The notes beneath the pieces were generated by a model. It did no database searches and was not told where the DNA came from. It worked only from the letters and a program-made list of their open reading frames with translations. From Marsupella aquatica (taxonomy: Eukaryota > Plantae > Marchantiophyta): a stretch of DNA of 64,000 bases. This document shows positions 13,501 to 28,158 of this stretch, in pieces. Positions within the stretch are counted from its first letter, which is position 1, and each line of letters begins with the position of its first letter. A program made the translations under genes and the position numbers. The DNA lies in NCBI GenBank assembly GCA_973895155.1, contig OZ316893.1:12912359-12976358 (forward strand), read 5' to 3'.

Positions 13501-13657
13501 TTGTGAAACTATGCAGACGGTACAAAGTCTTCAGTGTACACGATGTGCCTACAAAGTCTTCAGTGTACACGATGTGCCTGCGACCTGTAGCTGACAACAT
13601 TTTGCAATGCCCAACGTCATTGCCTTTCCGTGATCACATTGTTCTCAATTGCCGTCG

Positions 13658-16600
13658 ATGGCGACTTCTGGGAGAGGCCCTCCTCAGGGAGCGTGGGGTG
13701 TACCTGTCCATTCCTCGGTTCAGTCTCGTGCTTCTCCTAGTTGGATGAACTCTACAAATCGAGGTCTTGGAGCTGAGGTGAGCCCTGATGAGGTCATTGT
13801 TGCTCACAAGATGCAGCACCATAGCGGAATTGTAATCGAATCGGATTCTGACAGCAGTGGTGAAGATGGAGACACTGGAAAGGTTGATCTTGAGAGTCTC
13901 CAGGCATCCATATTTGGTGATTACGCTGGAATTGGCACCTCGGATGATGCCATGAATGACCAAGGGGTAGCCAAAATTCGGGGTCTTTTGGTGGCTGCAC
14001 AGAGTGGAGGCACGGCATGCCTTATCTGCTTGGAGAGGGTCAAAGGCACGGATTTTATATGGGATTGCAAGTCTGGGTGCTTTGCCATCTTGCATCTCAC
14101 TTGTATTCAGTCTTGGGCAAGGCAATCCCTAAATGCAGCAGAGCAGAGAGCGTTGAGTAGATTTTCGCATGAGAGTTTCCCAGGGGCAGCAACAGCTGCA
14201 GCAACACACTGGTACTGTCCCAAGTGCCGAGCTGAGTATCCTCGCTTGGCAATTCCAAAGGAGTATAAATGTTTTTGTGAGAAGGAGACTAATCCGGTTC
14301 CAGATCCCTGGCTAGCACCGCACACTTGTGGAGAGAAATGTGGGAAGCACCTTGGAGGAGATTGTGGGCATGAGTGCAATCTTCTGTGCCATCCTGGTCC
14401 TTGTCCTCCGTGCCCTCAGCTTGTGCAAGTTGCTTGTTTCTGTGGAGAGAAGTCAGAGGTTAGACGGTGTGGCCGTCGGAATTTTTCCTGTGGAGCCATC
14501 TGCCAAAAACATCTGGCTTGTGAGAATCATACATGTGAGAATGTCTGCCACGATGGAGACTGCCTGCCTTGCACTAAATTTGACATGTATCCTTGCCGGT
14601 GCAAGAGAGAGGTAGCTCAGCGTGCATGTGTAGAGTCGAATTGGCAGTGCACAAGGCCATGTGGCCAGGAGTTGAGCTGCAAGAGGCACTTTTGTGAGAA
14701 GGGATGTCACGCTGGATCATGTGGAGAGTGTACATTGGCTGGGAGACGAACTTGTCCTTGTGGAAAGCTGGAGCACAAGGGTGTGGCTTGTGACAAAGTT
14801 ATACCTACCTGTGGATCAACCTGCGAGAAAACTTTGGGCTGCTCCCTTCACAAATGTCAAGAGCGTTGCCATTCAGGCCCTTGCAACAGTACTTGCAGGT
14901 TTATGCTCACCAAGGCTTGCCACTGTGGAGGCTTGAAGAAACAGGCAAGCATTTGTATATTTGCGTTTGCAACAAGTTGGAGTCAGTTACGCTCAGTTAG
15001 GTCTAGTTGTCAACCTTCACTTGAATAAATGACTCTAATGTAGCAGACTTGTGAAACAAATCTCACAAATCGAGTGTTTCTGTTTGGGTAGTTTCATTTT
15101 GGTACATCGTTCTAATCGTATTCATTCCGTGCTAGGTTCCGTGCCATCAGGATTTGCAATGCGAAAGAAAATGCCAGCGTCTTCGAGACTGTACACGCCA
15201 TTCCTGTAGAAAGCGCTGCTGCAATGGAGATTGTCCTCCTTGCTCAGAGGTAGTATATCCTCAAAATTGTTTCTCCATCAAACCTAGAACAAGAGGGATA
15301 AAACTGCACTCGTCATTTCAAAAAATTCTGAAGCTCAAAAATTTGAGCTTTAATCTTTCAATATCTTATTTGGATAATTTGTATCTTCTACTCAGGTATG
15401 TGGAAAAAGACTCCGATGTGGTAATCACAAGTGCCCTGCCCCATGTCACAGGTACATCTGCTGGTGAGCGTCGTTAAAAAATTGACCTCTTGTTGCTCCT
15501 ACATTCAGTCCTTATTATCTAATGTAGTTTGCAACCAATAGACATGAGGAGATTACATCACTAAGTATAGTTCTTGTCCTTAAAATTCCAGTTTGGTATG
15601 CGAAATTGTTTGAACTGAAGTGTACTAATGTATTCGGCAATTTGGACTTCCGGGCGGTTCATAGAGGAGTGTGCGCGCCTTGCCCTGCCTCAGTAAGGAT
15701 CTCTTGTGCTTGTGGAGCAACTTCATTTGATGTGCGTCCTTCCCTCTATCTTACTGGTGCTTGCACAATCGAATTGATTCCTAGCTGATGTGTTGTACTG
15801 CCATTAACATGGCATCATCAGAGATATATTGCGAGTGAAAATGTATAGCTTCTCTGAGTCTTTTGGGTATTTGTTTGAGAAGGTGCCATGTGGAATAGAG
15901 AAAGACCAAAAGCCTCCAAGGTGCTCCAAGCCCTGCCAGGTTCTTCCATGCTGTTCGCATGGTCCTGACAGCAAGGTATTAGTCTAAATGCATGGAATCT
16001 TTGTTCCTCCTTTTTAATATTTGGTTTTGCCCACAGAGATGTATCCATTGAAAAAGAGCATTTGCAAAATTATCAAAGAAAAACCATAGAAAGAAAGAAT
16101 CCGCAAGGCCGTGCTGCTTTGATATAATTCAAGTCCGGAAAACATTTAATTACTTCACTTGATAGAGTTAGAAAGTAAGTTTGTCGTAGATAGCTAGTTT
16201 ACTTAGGTTTAAAATATATATCGGCGTATTTCCAAAATTGTTCCTGAACTATTTTGAGCTGCATGCTTTCCCTATCTTGTAGCCCTTTTACTTTGGAGAG
16301 ATAAGTTGCGCCATCGTATCTCTAGTTCTTATCATAATTCTTAGTATTGTGTGGTATGCGAATTGCAGCCTCATGCTTGTCACTACGGACAGTGTCCTCC
16401 CTGTCAACTTGTATGCAAGGCCAAGCTTTCGTGTGGTCACATATGTCCTAACAGGTATGCGTTTCTCGACTAGCAGTTGCACGTGGGGTGCCGCTTGCTT
16501 CGCAAATGTTCTGTTACACCTAGAACAGTGCCAAAATGTACTGGATTGATCAAAGGTCCTCTTTGTTTTGCAATTATAATCCACTTGGTCTGCTGCAGGT

Positions 16601-19424
16601 GTCACGGACCAAGGCCATTACCAAATCCGGAATACACGCTGAAACCCACGAAGAAGAAGAAGAAATTGATAAAAGACGATAGTGCACGCTCAGGAGTTCC
16701 CTGTCCACCTTGCCTTGAACCTGTTGTGAAACAGTGCCTTGGGAAGCATTATGGCTTAGAGAGAACGGTAGGACACATTCTCTATGCCATCAGCCCATTT
16801 TATTACTTCTTTGCACAAGTGCACTAAGGTTTTCAATAGTAGATTGCTAACTAGTACGCAGTTGCATTATGTGGTGATTGCAGATGGTTTGCTCAGCAGT
16901 ACAAGACTTTCAATGTGGAAACCCCTGTGGAAATCCTCTATCCTGTGGTAATCATTTTTGTGCTCTGCCCTGTCATCCAATCGAGATGATGGAGGTCACA
17001 TTGGGTCATGCAAGGATCAAGGATTCAACAAATTGTGGAGACCTTTGTGAAAAATGTCCTTTGCAATGCCAACAGGTAACTTGTCTGTTTCACACTCAAA
17101 TGTCGCCGAAATTGCTTTTGCAACGAACGTAGCGACGGAGTTATCTCTTTCATGATCATCTAGTCAATCATGTGAGTGAGGGTGGTAAGATGGTGAGCTG
17201 TTTATTTCAATAGCCTCTAATTTGCAGTCTGCTGTCTGATGTAGGAACGAGCCTTGTGTGCACATCCGTGTCCCTTACCATGTCATCCAGGAGACTGTCC
17301 ACCATGCAAAGTTCTAGTGAAGAGAGGCTGCTATTGCGACACTCTTGTCCATGTCTTTGATTGTGACATTTTTACGTCTGCTTCTGAAACGGAACGTTCA
17401 AAGATGCTCTCTTGTGGCGGGCCCTGTCATAGGTATGAGAATTGCTCAAAGTTGTATATGCCGTTCTTACATCTCATGAATGTGACAAAAGTTAGTAAGT
17501 TTAGAGTTAGCGACCCCCTATTGGAGTCTCCTAAATCTCTGACCAGGTTATTTGGTAATCTTGGGAAGTTGAAAGAATGCCTCTCCAGTTGCTGAACAGA
17601 ACAAATGAAAGTCAGTATAGGAGAGGCGGCAAACTCACCAAAGAATTTCTCGTGCAGTATGTTGACATCTTTCAAGTTGTTTCATGTAAGCAGTAATCAT
17701 TAAATGCCACTTAAACTAAACTTATTGCTACCACAGGAAACTACCAAATTGTGCCCACATGTGCTCAACTTTATGTCATCCAGGAGGTTGCCCGATGGCA
17801 ACGAACTGTCGTAAGAAGGTGACATCTTCTCTCTGATCCAGTCCCTTCTGAACTATTTCAGATGTCAGCTTTTTGTCAAAACAGGCCAAAGGGCATTAAT
17901 TTTGCATCACTCTTATTGCATGCGTGATCAACAATTTCGTTTAAACTATAGTTAGCAACTATCTTTGCTCCAGAGACTTCAGCTCTTTCTAGAACTACCA
18001 GAAGTGACAAACAGAATCATTTTTTTCTGGTGGAAGATTTTGATAGAAGTAGGATATGAGCTACCTGTCAGTGCTGGGTTTTTCCTTAATGGGGGGCCAT
18101 TCCTACGTGAATTCAAGTAATGCAATTGCCCTAGTGCGGTTTGGGCAGGGCATGGCAATTAGTAGTTTACTTTCTATTTGACGATTATGTCTATAAAGGG
18201 TTATCATAACTTTGTTTTCTTGATGCTCAATGACAGGTGGTAGTTCGATGTGCATGCCAGCGACTCAAAAAAGAATGGCTTTGCATTGAAGTACAAAAAG
18301 CACAAGCATCAGGCAAATCTTCTCGTAAAGAAGGATTACGGAGTGGTTTATTTATCGGCTTGATTCCTTGCGATCAGGAATGCTTGCGGTTGGTGGCTGT
18401 AAAGGAAGCTCATGAAGAGGCTGAGCTACTTCGGCAGAGAAAGGGGAAAGAAGCAGAGGTATGCACTGGACTCCTTCCTGCACTGGGCTCCTTCCTGGAC
18501 TCCCATGGAAGGCGATGTACCCAAACTAGTTCAGTTTCTGGTTGGAGTGTGGAAACCCATGAAACCCACCATATTTCCTTACATTGACCTTGACTGACTT
18601 TAGTCTCAATGTACTAAGGTACATTCGGAAGATTTCCTTCTCAGGAGCACAGTGGTTTATATTACCTCGTTCGTATAGAAGTCTACCACAGAAAGTTGTA
18701 GTCGCAAGTAATATGCTATCTTGTACGGACTAACAGTAGCAAGAGGTCCTCTGGGGGTTGGGAACAACAGGTTTCTGAAGCACCACCAAGTATATCGAGG
18801 AGGAAAAAGAGCCGGCACCAGACCCATCCGCAGCAGAAAAGTACTAGGATGCGGGTATTGATCTTGTTTGTATAGCCATTGAAATCTCCTGTCACTTCTC
18901 TGCTAAATCCCAGGAATAAATGTCTTTAGTTCCTTCATCTGAAGTTGACATGTGAATTCGGATGTCTCTTCTTTATATTTAAAAAGGTGGTGTCTGCTCA
19001 GTATTAGCTATCTCACTGAACTAGTTTGTGCGGGTTTATATATCTGTATTCGTTGTCTTTGTCAATGAGTACCAAGGCTGCCATTGGAAAACATTAATTC
19101 TCGTCTTAGTCATTCTGGAAAGATATTTTGGGAGTGAGGTCAATGCAGAGGTGCAGTGACGAGTGCATGCAGCAACATAATGAAAGTGCTTCTCTCTGGT
19201 TTTTGCTAACCTTGTGCTTTTGAGGAGACTCATTTTGTATCTTCATGTCGTGGTGACAGGAGTTACGGTCAGCTGTCCGAAGATGGTCCATCACCGTTGG
19301 TATCTCAATCCTTGTGATTTTGGCGATATATTTTGGGTTAGTAGGACTATTTGAACTGAATGCGTGGATGAACCGAAGGGATGCAACCAGGATTAATAAG
19401 AGATCACAATATTCGCGATTTTAA
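13658..19424 (+). CDS. NFXL2: NF-X1-type zinc finger protein, NFXL2 class, ~13 exons, C-terminal TM segment
   Basis: RING-like CLIC...CFAILHLTCIQSW...WYCPKCR, then many NF-X1 Cys/His repeats (CGHECNLLCHPGPCPPC etc.) over spliced exons from 13658-14944 to 19260-19424; last exon has hydrophobic ITVGISILVILAIYFGLVGLF; no R3H domain seen. Confidence 0.92.
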
Positions 19425-20449
19425 TTGTGCATATGCTGTCTGAAGATACGTTCAATTTCGGGTTTAAGGTAGGTGAAGCATATGGTCGCAGTCATATGAA
19501 GGGAGAAAGATACCTATGGTCTCCTACAGCATTTTGAGGTTTCGGTATTCAATGAGTAGTTGTTTCTCCGCGAATTAATTTGACAATTAGACATTTCCTT
19601 TCTTGCGGGGTCTCTTCTCGTTATATTCCGGTCCATATTGGTAGATCCAGATATCTCTGAGGTTATTAGAAAATAGGAATGGTCCTCTTCGATGTGGCTC
19701 CAGTTGGTGAAAATACTTGTGGCTATCTTATTCCTGGCAAAGTAAGGCCGATTGAAAATATTTATTTCATTTTATTAATGGACAATGCGAATGTCGAGTC
19801 CCAACCACAGAGATTGTGATAGGTCAGCCTAAGAAGGCTTATTGCTTATGCCCTGCCAATTGTGGTAACACCACCAGGTCCCCGCCTGAGGCAAAAACGT
19901 TGGATTGGCCACACTCCCAGTCCTCTCCTCTCTCTTGTCTTTGGCCACACCTCAGTCCCCTCCCTTTCTTCTCTTTGAAAGGTCACCGCGTCACATCCGG
20001 GCTGAAATTGCTCGTTTTCCCGAATTTTGGGAGATTTCCTGTTGGAGAATCAATCCCAAATAAAGAAAAGCTGAGACCCCGGAGAGATTTTTTTTGGAGA
20101 ACGAATCCCAAACTAAAGCAAGAACTGAGACCCACAAGTTTGTCACCGGGCTGACCACGACACAACACAACACATCAACTTAGGCTAAGAGCTGCTCTCG
20201 CCCTGTCCCCCTCCCCCTCCATTTACAGAATGAGTGGTATTGGAGGCGAATCACAATTACCGAGCCCTTGTGTACTCCCAGCGGGGCATTCTGAGGGGGG
20301 GTGGATGGGGGGTGTTGTTTGACGGTGGGTTTTGAATGATGGAATTTTGGGTGGAATGAACTCAGAAGAGCGGGCTTGGGTTTGTCCACTTTGGTGTTTC
20401 TAACAGTTATGGGGTGTCAACGTTCTTGCTGTTCTTCGTCCGAAAATAA

Positions 20450-22620
20450 GGTGTAGAAGCCGTCGTGGCAAGTACAGGTGTGGACACGATGTGTAATTGA
20501 AGACAACGTTGCAAGGAATGGTACATGGAACGGTGTCTGGTTAGAGCTTCTGTGGTGAAGATGTGATAGACAAGACACTTATGGGATGCTACTGTGCTAA
20601 CGAGAGCTGTATTTGCCCCTTCCATACCTTAGTACATGATCTATCACAAAATTGGACGGGAAATGTAGATCTGTTAAACCGTTTGAGACAGCGACGTGAA
20701 GCGTAGAAGAGGTCCGGAAGATGTGGGATGGGTCGCATTCTGTCCTTTGCGAAGTGTGTGTCTCAGATCATCAATATCTTCAATAGCTTACGACTGTGTC
20801 CGCTTCCTCTCACGAAATGATTTCTTGCCAGCATATGGATTGTGTTAATACACGGATTGGAAGGCGAGTGAAAGGAGATCGTTAATATATACGATGAACA
20901 GAGTCCTGGATCGACGACCAGAGTGGTTGAAAGTGGGAAGGTGCTAAGTGGAAAGGCAATGGAGCGGGTTAAACATAGCCTACGGGTGAAGTGAGGAGAC
21001 CTAATAAAGCGAGGTGACAATCCTCTAATAAAGCGAGGTGACAATCCCATACACAATGGTCTATCAGTCCAAGTGATATCTATGGTGCAGTGAAGTCAAA
21101 GGTCCATTGTGATATGTCGAGACAAAACATTCCGATCCGAATAACTGACTTCCCCTTTAGGCGACTGGTTCGAATCCAACTTGAAATCCAGTAATCTTAT
21201 CCCCAAAAGTAAGGTATGATCTATCAGTCCTGCAACCTTCTAATGCAATTATGAGCCACGTTCGCTCAAGAATCACCCAGTTGCGAGACTTGAGGCGATG
21301 GAAGTGACACACTTTTCTGTTTGAGGATCCAATCCCCTAAGAATGCATGTCCTTAGGTAAGGAAGATCTGAAACGGAAGGTTACAGACTAATTTAAGGAT
21401 CCAACTGAGAATGAATTTTTCTAGCCAAGCGATTGTCATCTCTGTATTGTGCAATTTGGAATTTCAATCCAGTCCTCATGGTTTGGAGTTAACTGGAGAA
21501 AATGCACCAGGCCCATCACTCGATTCATGGTGTGTATACCACCGGACGATAAATATGACCTCACCAGCCACGGAGACGAGCTGGAACATTTCATTCCTGA
21601 GTTTTGTGGCTGTGAAGGCCACGCACCACTAGAAAACTCCTAATGGAATCGAAGAGGTTACTCACCCCATAAAACTAATGCTTGCGAGTGGATGAATGTC
21701 ACTCCCAGAAATTGATGATTGAGCCCCGTATGTAGACAGCTATGCCCTCTATTACTCCTCCAGTAGCTGACTGTGAGCCTTCTGATGATTCAGTACGCAG
21801 ACCACAAATGACGGTGAGTGGCAGACTGCCAACGAGGGGATTGTCAAAGTGGAACTACCAGACTTAGTGTTGAACGCATTGTTGGACGGGATCTGTCTGG
21901 AGAAGTTGTTCGAGGAGAGGTTCAGGACGCCCAACCAGTCCCGCTGTGGATCGGCTACTCCCCAAAAGACCATTCTGTGACAGAATCCAGTTCCTTCAAA
22001 GCCGAGATGTCTCCAAGTTGGGGCTCAGAGTGGCTGCAAATTAATTTGCCAAGAGGTTTAAGTAGCGTAACTCCATGGGCTCGACGAGCTCCTCCAAAAT
22101 CCAACTCGCAAGCACGTTCTCGGAAAACATCGATATATGTGTGCTTCCAGACAATGAATTCGAACTCCTGCACAAGTGCCTGAACCCGGTAACAGGTCAG
22201 CGTCGTAGTCCCGTCCGCATTGGTAGTTTGGCTCACTTTGAAGGCCACTAGGCCACTAAGATTCGCTGGGGGCTCGCCTCAGAATTCGTTACCACACAGA
22301 GGTCTACAGTTGGAGTTGCCAAATCCAGCTTGGGACTTTAGCACTGAACCGGCTGGATCTCAAGTTCAGCAGTTGTATTAAAAGGTTGGAATCCGCCTGA
22401 GAGATAATCAGGTAGGGGCCATTCAGCTAGTTCCTGCTTAAACCAACCAGGTTCACCAGCGTGCAATTGTATGGATGGACGGAAATTAGGTCTACAAGAT
22501 AATTATCAAACAGTGACAAGTGGCTGGAGGAAAAGTTTGTGTACTCAACTGGAATCTGTTCACTCAATCTGTTCGAGGCGGAGCTGATTAATCTCATTTC
22601 TTCTGTCAAAAGTTAAGTGC
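20450..22620 (-). pseudogene. Decayed LRR receptor-like kinase pseudogene
   Basis: LRR fragments SNRLSEQIPVE, LSLFDNYLVDLIS..YNCTLVNLVGLSRN*LNGP and LNLSSNNFSRQIP, followed by kinase-like remnants (YHNGPLTSLHH..HLD*; ADTVVSY); many stops and frameshifts. Confidence 0.6.
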
Positions 22621-23602
22621 ACACTACCTGGGTGAGCTGACGTGTATTGAAGGCTTAGACAGTAACTCGGATAACAGGAGTAGAATTCAACAGTACGGTA
22701 TGCGCTGATCATCCATACCCACAGAATTGATTGCCGGAGCTTCTCTTGCGTTCAAAGAAAGTCGCTGCTTATATTTCCATGGCATCAGTCATCACCCTGC
22801 TAATGACAGCGAAGGTACTATAATTGAATTGCAAAAGGCAGGATACAAAAGTGAAGATGCAAAAGAGCTGAGACAGCGGCGGAGAGAGCACCAGCAACAA
22901 GTAATAAGAGATGCAAGACTTGCGGTTCTATTAATTTAAAGCTGAACTAAATCTTACAGGATGATGGCATTTGGGCCCATCTAACTACTCTCGGGCCCTG
23001 CAGTTTTTGCCGCGAAGTGATGGTAGAAAGACTGCAATCATTATTTCACAAGCCTGAATAAAAAATATTTGAGTGTGAAGTTCTAAGATCTGGAAAAATG
23101 GCAGAGTATGCCCTAAACTCTCACCATCAAAAGCAACCTCGCAAGAGCGTAACTAGCCTTTTTTGGGGGGGAACTGTGAAAGCTTCTCCTCATCTATGTA
23201 AGCTACTCAGAGACATTTGGATTACTTCAGAAAGCTCAACTCCATTATCTGCACAAAACAGGAATTGAACTTTAGCTTGTTGAATTCTTCGTCCTAGAGT
23301 AACCAAACAAGGGTCCCCATCCCCTCATACACATGACGTCTGATCATCACTCGAACCACAGTAACCGAACAAGCATACGAATCTGAGGAGATGTTCTATA
23401 CGATGGCAAATTCTTTGACATCCGGCATTTTAGAGCACACATCTTGTGCTGCAACCGAGTAGCTTAAGACTTTGTGTGTTTTCCCGGGAAATCTGAAGCC
23501 ACTACTCTCAAGATAATGAAAACGATTCCCCTCATCATGTTAAGTTGGTGCATTCCTCATCAAAGACGATATAAGGATTCGCCATAAAGGTTGAGCGTAC
23601 TC

Positions 23603-26600
23603 TTATCTAATGCGATCTTGCAAATCTGCAATAAGACTGGATGCAATGGAGGTGAGCTTCTTTCCAGTCTCCCCAGCAAGACTTTTCAGCGTTGACATAT
23701 CCTGTGAAGCCTGCAAAGCAGCAACACGGTTCAGCTATCCTATATTCAACCGGAGAGCTACACCCTGCAGTCGGTATAAACTAGGAAGCAAACCAGATTC
23801 ATGATTCAGCTATGGAAAGCTTGCAATCTTTCCAAATATGTCCAATATCTTATCTGCTCTCTTAAAGGGCGCAGGCCCGCTTTTTAGAGATCCCCTACCC
23901 TCAGTGCCAACCCAAAGGTTGGATCCATCGCGGTTCCTCGACAGCTACGATAAGGCAATTTACTGCCCTTCCCGGAAATGACGGAATAATTTCTATGCCT
24001 GAAATACAGAACAAAAAGTTGTTCGCTAGCCTCGCTTAGGAACGCTGTTACTATAGACAAAGCTATATGAATGCAATGCAGCCTTACAACACCGACAGGT
24101 AGCCCAGAGTCATTACTAATTGACGAGAGAAAATACTGACAACAGAAGAGAGTCAAGGGTTTAAAGTTGTAAGAAAACAAAAATTCGACACACGTCAATC
24201 TCAGGCCGTGATTGACAAATGCTTTAGAGAAAACAAATCTCTGTAACTTGAAATCAATAAGAGTTCTTAGGCCTAAATCATAAGGAAAGAGCCATACCTG
24301 CATTGACAATTTGGTCATCAATTCGCTTGCTGTAAGATCAACAGACGTAGGACTGTCACATCCTCCACCCTCGTCTCTATCAAAGAAGTCAGCACTTGAA
24401 ATTGACGTCGAGTTCTGCAAACAAACAACTAACAAGATGAGAACCTACCAACCTAATACTTCCACTCACATATCAACATATCCTAAATATTTTACTAGGG
24501 TGTATACAATGAACGGCTAGGTCAATGTCCAGAGAATCTCAAGCGCGAAATGTTAGCATAAGCTACGCAGGTGTGAGGTAGGTACTTGCAGCATTTTGTT
24601 TATTTTGGGGGTATCTACAAGGGGTCTATTAGGTAAAGTATGAACAACGGGAAATATGCTGTACCGCAAATTTTGAAATTCGCGCTTGGCTTTCCACGTC
24701 GGCACTCTTATTCGAATCTCCAAAAAATTGAGCAGATGAAATAGACTTCGCATTGGCAAACTTCTTCTGAGCTTCACCGCTGTCCTCCACCTTCACCCAG
24801 TGACCAAGTTATAATTAGAGTTTTCCTAGAAAACTGTCCAGGTCCTCAAACGAATCATGGAATTCTTCTATAATCATCTTCGGTAGGAAAAAACGAACAG
24901 CACATTCCTAACTACCCTTCCATCTAAAAGAGCAACTGTAGCCCGAGTTTGTAAAAAGTACCTGCCCCTTGGGACGAGAACTACTTGTTGGTCTGCGACT
25001 CCCAGAACCACCAAACTCCATGAAAAAATCTCCTGCAGCTGATGGGGCCGTCACATGCCCAGACGTTGAATTCGTATTGCTAGGCTGATCGTCGGTGTAT
25101 ACAAAACGTGAAGCGCGTGGAGCAGACTGGACAACTGAAGGCATTGCTGCCGGAGCTACTGGCTCTGGAGTGGGCTCAACTGGTTTCTGGTCATAGATGT
25201 TTTCGCTTGGCTGTGTGTAGGAACAGGCAAGCCCACAAAGAATAATTTAGGAGAGAATATAGACGCAAACATGCAAGCTCAGATTCCTCAGATTATAGCA
25301 GACGCCGTCCAGTCGACTTCAAAAAACAGCAAAATTGAGAAGCACGGAGAAATCATCACGAGTACAATCAACGAGCTAGGACATCTCTTCCAAACGTAGT
25401 CAAACTAAGAATCTTGACGGGTACCCATAACAATCGGTGATAAAGCTGGGCCTCAATGACGACTGGCTTAATTAAGCACTAGGATGCCAAGGATAGACTA
25501 ACTCATGTAGATTGTTACAAACGAATTTTGTTTTGTCAGGTTAGGAGAACAGCACCATGATAGTTTGAACAAGGCAATGACAGCTCCATACAGAATTTTG
25601 TTTACCTTAGTTGAGACCTTCCTCAAACCGAGGCCACCCCCTGGTTTCCCTCCACTAACTTTCTTCGCACCTAGACTCGTGGGCTTCCTTGTGACAGAAC
25701 TTCCAGTGGAACGAGGCGCAGGAACTGCGGCAGGGGTTGGTGCAGGCCTTGCTTGCTCTTGGAGGAAGAAATCTTTGTCAGGCGACGGTTTCTCAGCCGA
25801 ATGACCATTATTACCATTCGCAAACTTAGGACTGTCAAAGCCAGGATCAAAATCAGCAACCGCAGGCTGAGCAGGTGCTGGTGCGATCACCGAAGCACTC
25901 TTGGCCACTTCCTTGGAGAGAAGTTGTTTATACAGCTCTGCAGCTCTTGAGGTGTACTTTTGTTCAATCCTTCCACCATCAGTCCATCCATGCTGCTTGA
26001 AAAATACTCGCCCTCGACCGTTTCCACCAAAAGCCATCATCTTTAACTGATCTTGATTCCATGAGTCAAGATTGGTAGACCTTCCCATCAGCACACGAAA
26101 GATTCCAATAAGTGTCGAGTGAAACTGGAGAGACAAGATATGCTTTCTCATTCTTTATTTCCTCTTGGCATAAAGTAACAATTTATTTAGAGTGATTCAT
26201 CAGAGAGGGCAGCCTAGAGAAAAACAAATCCCATGATTATATAAATCGTCAAAAAAGACCTCTCACTTCGCTCGTTCACTAATAAAATTTTCTCGCGATA
26301 AGCCTCCGGTGACAGTTCTCATCCGTCAATGACTCACATACCTCACAAAACTGATGTGCACTCCAAGACTCCGATGAAGAGCCGAGCAGTCGAGACAGAT
26401 AAAGACTCCATACGTCACTGAGGCCCACGTTGGATTCTTGGAATTGCAGTCAAAACACATCTGCCGAATTATGAGGCATGAATGACAAAGTTAGGCACGT
26501 TCTCTACTGCAATCTCCGTAAATGTGGAAAAAGGTGGGCAGCAGAATACATAAATGTCTTGGTGGGCTTTAAAGCCAAATCACCACCGACATTCACTTTG

Positions 26601-27650
26601 AAACGAAAGTTTCTTCATAGAAAGAGTAATCGATTCGAAATGTTGAAGACGGGGAAATGCAGTATACATTCCACCCGTGCCTCATTGCATGACAAATCAC
26701 AGCCACATGCACAAACGACGTTGCATATTCCCTAGACTTTCCAGAAGATACAAGCTCCTGGTCGCTTGTGAGACAACCAAACGAGTCGCGAAACAATGAC
26801 GGAATCGAGGATCAAAAAGCCTAACATCCGAATACCAACACCCCTCCACACGTCCCCGCAACCGCATTGACCACAGTACAGCGTCACCGAGTGGAATTCC
26901 GGTAACAAAAATAGAGTAATTTGAAAAGCGGATAGTGTCACATTGCTACTGTTCCGCTTCCACTGGTAGAACCCATCCCGTCAGTCCATCGGATCCGTAG
27001 TTTCGATGAGAAAACTGATATCTAGATCTGAAACACTGGTCTGAATCCATGAACTTGCAGGCAAGAATGCGAGCTTCAGGAGAGGTGGTAATCTATCCAT
27101 GAGCTACAGGTGAGGCCAAGGTACGATATCCAACAACTCAACAGACCTACTGTACTTGTCCAAAAGACGTGCAAAGTACAGGAAGGGGAAAGATGAAAAC
27201 CGAGAAAGGGAAACATGGACACGACAGTCAATCAATCCTTGCACCCACGAAGAAGAATTCACGAAAGCAGCGCAGCTACTGTCGTTTGGCACACGAAGCT
27301 GGGCACAAAGCTAAGTCGTGCGTCGACGCAGCTTGGACATTGAAGACGGCGATTGAAAACAAAGATTGGTTTCCCTCTCACCATCAACAGACACGACAGC
27401 GATGAAGGACTCTACCATCCACCGCAAACATCCCCAGAGGCAACGGAATCGAGGAATCAGACTCACAACGGAACTACCGTCGCTCGATGGCAGGGCAAAG
27501 CACGCACCCAAGCAATCGCAGGTACAAGAGCACCTCCCACCAAACTGACAAGCCACAGAATTGACGCAATGACGGGATCACCTTATTATCGGCCTTGGCC
27601 CGCAGCTTCCTGAACAGCGAGTCACGCTCCAAGGGCTCCTCACTCGCCAT
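23603..27650 (-). CDS. ADP-ribosylation factor GTPase-activating protein, AGD8/9/10 (ArfGAP2/3, Glo3) class, multi-exon
   Basis: [23 protein letters not shown]|[40 protein letters not shown]|STNLDSW...; Glo3 motifs [17 protein letters not shown] and SISSADFF; C-terminus [18 protein letters not shown]. Confidence 0.93.
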
Positions 27651-28158
27651 TCTTGCTTGACACCAACCACGATAATGCCCTCACGCCCCTTCCTCCTTCC
27701 TCGTCAAAATCGTCGCCCCAGAAGGAAGAGGAAACAACCTTAGGGCAAGCGAGCGTCTCGATAGGAGCGTCCCTGCTAGCCAGCCACCAGAAGAACTCGA
27801 TTCCTGCCTGTGACGAGACAAGCGTGCAACAAAATCGTCGTCTCTTCGTCTGACCAAGACCAACAAATTGCCACTCACTGGTCTACAAGAGAAAAGAAAT
27901 CCCGATCTGCAACTTTCTTCCGAAATGGACGCCCCGACCACATAGATTCCCTGCCTTCAGAGATACGGGTATGCAACAAAAATCGTCTCAACAACGCCCA
28001 ACAACTTGCTCTACCACTAGTCCACAAGAGAAAGAACTGCCGATCTGCAAGTTCCTTCCGAAATGGACGCCGCGACCGGATAGATTAATCCTTCCTGCGA
28101 GCACAACCAGACGGGCACCCAATACAATCGTCGTCACTCTGTCTGACCAGCAACAGAA

